From Candidatus Sumerlaeaceae bacterium (GTDB taxonomy: Bacteria > Sumerlaeota > Sumerlaeia > Sumerlaeales > Sumerlaeaceae): a DNA stretch of 64,000 nt. This document shows positions 60,708-64,000 of the stretch, in pieces. The notes under the pieces were generated by a model that was not told the DNA's origin, did no database searches, and saw only the letters and a list, made by a program, of their open reading frames with translations. Each line of letters begins with the position of its first letter. The stretch's first letter is position 1. Made by a program: the position numbers and the translations under genes. The stretch is from contig JBPCLP010000053.1 of assembly GCA_051003195.1 (NCBI GenBank), forward strand, positions 1 through 64,000. Reading direction: 5' to 3'.

Positions 60708-62456
60708 CTACTGCGACACAAGCGCATCGACGGTGGCTTCTGCGGCGGATGACCCGGTGGCGGGTTCGAGGATTTTGAAGTCGCGGTCGATAAGCACGGT
60801 ACGCGGAATGCCGGAGACGCCGTACGGCCCGCCGCGCGCGCTGGGTTTACCAGGCCCGAGCCACAGGTGATGAATGCCAGAGGTGTCCCAGCCGGTCTTT
60901 TTCAGGTGTTTGCGCACGGTATCGACATCATCGTCCACGCTGACGGTAACTATGACGGCTTTGTCTGCCCAGTTACTGGCGTGGCGAATTGCGGCGGCGT
61001 GCAACGCGGCCATGCTTGGCTGGCACGGCCCGCACCACGTCGCCCAGAAATCCAGAATGATGTACTTGCCCTTAAAGTTACTGAGTCGTGCGGGCTGACT
61101 GGTGGCGACGTCGACAAGGTCGAGATCGGGCGCCAGGTCACCCCTCGCCGGCGGAATCATCCGTGTATCACTGAGCAGATCATCGTCGGTCTTGGGGATC
61201 AGGTAGGTAAACAGCTCCTGGTCGCCCACGACGAGGCGATACGCAGATTTACCCGCACGCAGGCCGGTAAGATGGACGGTCGAATCCGCCCCGAGCACGC
61301 CAGACGCGAATGGTATGTTGTAGTATGCCTGCTGGGAAAGGTCCGTCGATACTGTCCATGACTTGCCGCGAAGGTCGCGCCCTGTCGCGGAGGCAATGTA
61401 AATGTTCGCTTTTGCACTTCCGTGTATGAGCGAAAGATCCAGCGGCTGGATGGTTTCTGCGATCGTTGTGGTTACGCCGGACTGAACGACGAGGGGTTCG
61501 TCTGGCCAATTGCCGTACGCGGGCTGCAGCTGGCTATAGACTGGAACGACAGCGCTGTCGGTTGCGCGGAACGAGACGCTGTACGTTCCGGGCGCAATAT
61601 CCGACAGGGTCATGCCGATGGAATCGGTCGAGGTGGTCTCCACGGCTCGCGCGCGCTGGAAAAAGGCGGCAGAGAGGTATCGGAAATTCAGTTTGTCGGT
61701 GGCCGTGGTGTCCTGGCGTTTAAACTCGATGTGGACGGACCCGGGCGCGGGCAGTTCCACGCGAACCGGCGCGTCGCCCCATTCCGCTGGTGCGATGTCG
61801 CGGCTTTCCCATGGGCGCAGGAACCCGGGATGATGAACGAGAACGCGGACGGTTGTGCTGACAGGGTCGGGCAGGCGGAGCGCGAAACGGTCGCCGCCGG
61901 TGCGTCGCACTTCGACCAGGCGCAGCGGTTCGCTGGTATGATTCGATTCGATAGCGGGATTCAGGCTGGACCATGTGATCTCGACCAGTTCCGACCAGCG
62001 GCTGGATCCGCCCGGGCCGAGGCAGACCAGCGGCTGGAGATCTGGCGGCAGTGAGCGTCCGGGCGGCGGGACGAATTCGATTTCATGTTCCTTTCCGGTC
62101 GGGAGCAAAGCCTGGACGCGCGACTGGGTGGTTGGCAAATCGAGCGTGAACCGCGCAGGCGCTCTGCCCCGCGCGCGGAGAAATATGAGATAACGCCCTT
62201 CTGTCACAGCGCCCGGCCAGTCGCCCCTGCACTCGTGTGCATCCAGCTGGATCACGCCGCGAGCATCGGAACTACGCCACGGCGCCAGGAATGAGTAAAT
62301 CGCTTCTTCTTTGCGTGCGGTGGCCTGTGCGCCGGAAACAGGTGCGCCATGCTCGTCCACGACGTGCAGCGGCGGAAAGGTTACCTTTTCCGCCGCGCGG
62401 GAAGTGTTCAGGAAGATTAGCAGGAGGGCGAGTGCGAAGAGTGAGCGAAGGATCAT
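60708..62456 (-). CDS. Exported protein with beta-sandwich domains and a C-terminal TlpA-like thioredoxin domain
   Basis: Signal peptide, VVDEHGAPVSGA, LDFWATWCGPC, VSVD, YGVSGIPRTVLID. Confidence 0.88.
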   Translation of the reverse strand: MILRSLFALALLLIFLNTSRAAEKVTFPPLHVVDEHGAPVSGAQATARKEEAIYSFLAPWRSSDARGVIQLDAHECRGDWPGAVTEGRYLIFLRARGRAPARFTLDLPTTQSRVQALLPTGKEHEIEFVPPPGRSLPPDLQPLVCLGPGGSSRWSELVEITWSSLNPAIESNHTSEPLRLVEVRRTGGDRFALRLPDPVSTTVRVLVHHPGFLRPWESRDIAPAEWGDAPVRVELPAPGSVHIEFKRQDTTATDKLNFRYLSAAFFQRARAVETTSTDSIGMTLSDIAPGTYSVSFRATDSAVVPVYSQLQPAYGNWPDEPLVVQSGVTTTIAETIQPLDLSLIHGSAKANIYIASATGRDLRGKSWTVSTDLSQQAYYNIPFASGVLGADSTVHLTGLRAGKSAYRLVVGDQELFTYLIPKTDDDLLSDTRMIPPARGDLAPDLDLVDVATSQPARLSNFKGKYIILDFWATWCGPCQPSMAALHAAAIRHASNWADKAVIVTVSVDDDVDTVRKHLKKTGWDTSGIHHLWLGPGKPSARGGPYGVSGIPRTVLIDRDFKILEPATGSSAAEATVDALVSQ

Positions 62457-62647
62457 GTGTGGGCAGGTCCTGGTTAGTGGTGAGATGCCATAAGAAAGGA
62501 GTTTTACTTAGGGCAGACGCAAGGCTTTCACGCGGGGGCGGGCGGTGGCGTGCGCGTTCTGATTTTCTGTTAGGAGTAATAGGGGTGTTGGCTTTGAGAA
62601 TGGTGAATGTAATCGGGAGAGGACCGGGATCTCCGTCGGGACCAGCG

Positions 62648-63007
62648 TTACTTGCCGAAAATCTTCTTAATGCGGCATGCGCACTTTCGCACCATGCCGC
62701 GTTGCTCTTTCGGCTCACCTGATTCCGGACTTGGCTTAATCATTCTGTCACAATCTGTGTACGTCTCGTCGCCTTGATCGCCGTCATTGCCTATGGATTC
62801 ACAAGGGCAAGCCTCAACAGCTTCGTTTGCTAAGTTTGCCTCTTCAAGAGTTTCTGGCTGACGGAACACATAGCTAACTCCGTCGGGATCGTACCGCTTG
62901 AATACTGTCGGCGCAATTTGTCTGCAGGCGTCGCAGTCCAAGCAGGTGCAGTCGACGTAGTACTTGCCGGGTTTGTTTATCAGATAGCGTCGATCTCTTG
63001 TTGCCAC
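62648..63007 (-). CDS. Ferredoxin (single-cluster type)
   Basis: YYVDCTCLDCDACRQIAP...AVEACPCESIG. Confidence 0.85.
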   Translation of the reverse strand: MATRDRRYLINKPGKYYVDCTCLDCDACRQIAPTVFKRYDPDGVSYVFRQPETLEEANLANEAVEACPCESIGNDGDQGDETYTDCDRMIKPSPESGEPKEQRGMVRKCACRIKKIFGK

Positions 63008-63195
63008 CCATGCACGTCACAGGCGGGATGTTCTCTACGCAAATATTTTTGAGAGCATTCAGAACCAGTTACCTTAAGACAGTTCAGCGCTGTTTCACCG
63101 GTACTGGGTGATCTCGTTGATGCGTGGTCCTGTACCGCGTTAGTTTAACCAAGCGTGGGCGATCTGCTGGCCCAGCTCCGACAGCCAACTCGTAC

Positions 63196-63783
63196 CTATG
63201 GCGGCGACAAAAACTCTGATACCTTTACCGACACTCCGCGTGCCTGCGAGAGTTTGATCTCGCCTTCGAGCCCAACAGTCAGCGCTTTAGTGTAGTTGCC
63301 TTTTTCGGGCATACGATAGACGTGCACCTGGTTTGCTGCGCAGTCGATCAGCCACACCTCCGGCACACCGTTACGCGCGTACATTGGCAGCTTCACCTGT
63401 CGGTCGAGCTCCATCGAGCTGTCGCACACCTCAACCAACAGCAGGATGTCAGCGGCAAGGGGCTTGCGGGTCTTGTACTTGTCGGCGGCAGGTTTGAGCA
63501 CCAATACATCAGGCTCGGGCTCGTTGCGTGTTCCAAGCGCAACGGGCAGCTGCGAGCCGATAAAGTATTTCCGCGTTCTCTCGTACAAGGCATGAACCAG
63601 ACTCAAAATTACAGATGCGTGCCTGCTGCCCATCGGCGTCACGTGGATGATTTCTCCTTCGATGAGCTCGGTGCGTTCGTCGCGCCCAAACACGCCGCTC
63701 TGCCAGGCGCGCTCGTACTCAGCGACAGTAAACCGGCGGCGTCGTCCGCTGATTACCTGGTCAAGGCTGGGCGAAATGCTCAT
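63196..63783 (-). CDS. Uma2/DUF820 family PD-(D/E)xK protein
   Basis: RRFTVAEY, ELIEGEI, EPEPDV, LLVEV, KLPMYARNGVPEVWLID. Confidence 0.92.
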   Translation of the reverse strand: MSISPSLDQVISGRRRRFTVAEYERAWQSGVFGRDERTELIEGEIIHVTPMGSRHASVILSLVHALYERTRKYFIGSQLPVALGTRNEPEPDVLVLKPAADKYKTRKPLAADILLLVEVCDSSMELDRQVKLPMYARNGVPEVWLIDCAANQVHVYRMPEKGNYTKALTVGLEGEIKLSQARGVSVKVSEFLSPP

Positions 63784-63886
63784 TGGTCTAGACTGGCTAG
63801 TACAGCGGAGGGGATCAATTCAATTGTAACCCTATCAAGTTGCTGCAGCGCGATTGGATACGTATTGGGTTTAACGAGCTAAAAAC

Positions 63887-63919
63887 GAGGCACAGAGACA
63901 CAGAGCGGGCACAGAGATT
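63887..63919 (+). repeat. 33-bp CACAGAG-based repeat, copy 2
   Basis: Identical to 60541-60573, same orientation. Confidence 0.85.
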
Positions 63920-64000
63920 CCACCACGAAGCGTACCGCATGGAATGAAGTGAAATCAGAGCGGCTGAATCGACGACCGCGATCAGCCCCAGTTCTTCCGC

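Overview
Bacterial chromosomal window, mostly housekeeping genes: ctpA-like protease, rhomboid, aroA, NAD kinase, tlyA, HU, dnaG, secA, tatD, rpsT, trpE/trpG, hisI, gmk, panB, cca and tRNA-Gly(TCC). An accessory-looking stretch (~24.8-45.6 kb) encodes secreted beta-propellers, glycoside hydrolases, a sulfatase and a FIST/histidine-kinase pair, with an IS256 scar and several non-coding repeats. No CRISPR array, intact transposase, integrase or rRNA was seen. Main leads: (1) two unrelated secreted beta-propellers end in the same decapeptide, PVT[LF]S[AS]F[GR]IE-stop, a candidate sorting/anchoring tag; (2) a ~96-bp CTAG-bounded repeat family (7 copies, probably an IS630-type MITE) always lying in sense orientation after a gene; (3) an enolase with active-site substitutions coupled to an MtnK/APH-like kinase; (4) a SecA with an extra small beta-rich insertion; (5) a clan GH-A hydrolase with an apparently circularly permuted discoidin domain inside its barrel. 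The protein style recalls Candidatus Sumerlaeota (BRC1), which is from memory and unverified. All family calls come from reading motifs by eye; no searches were run.
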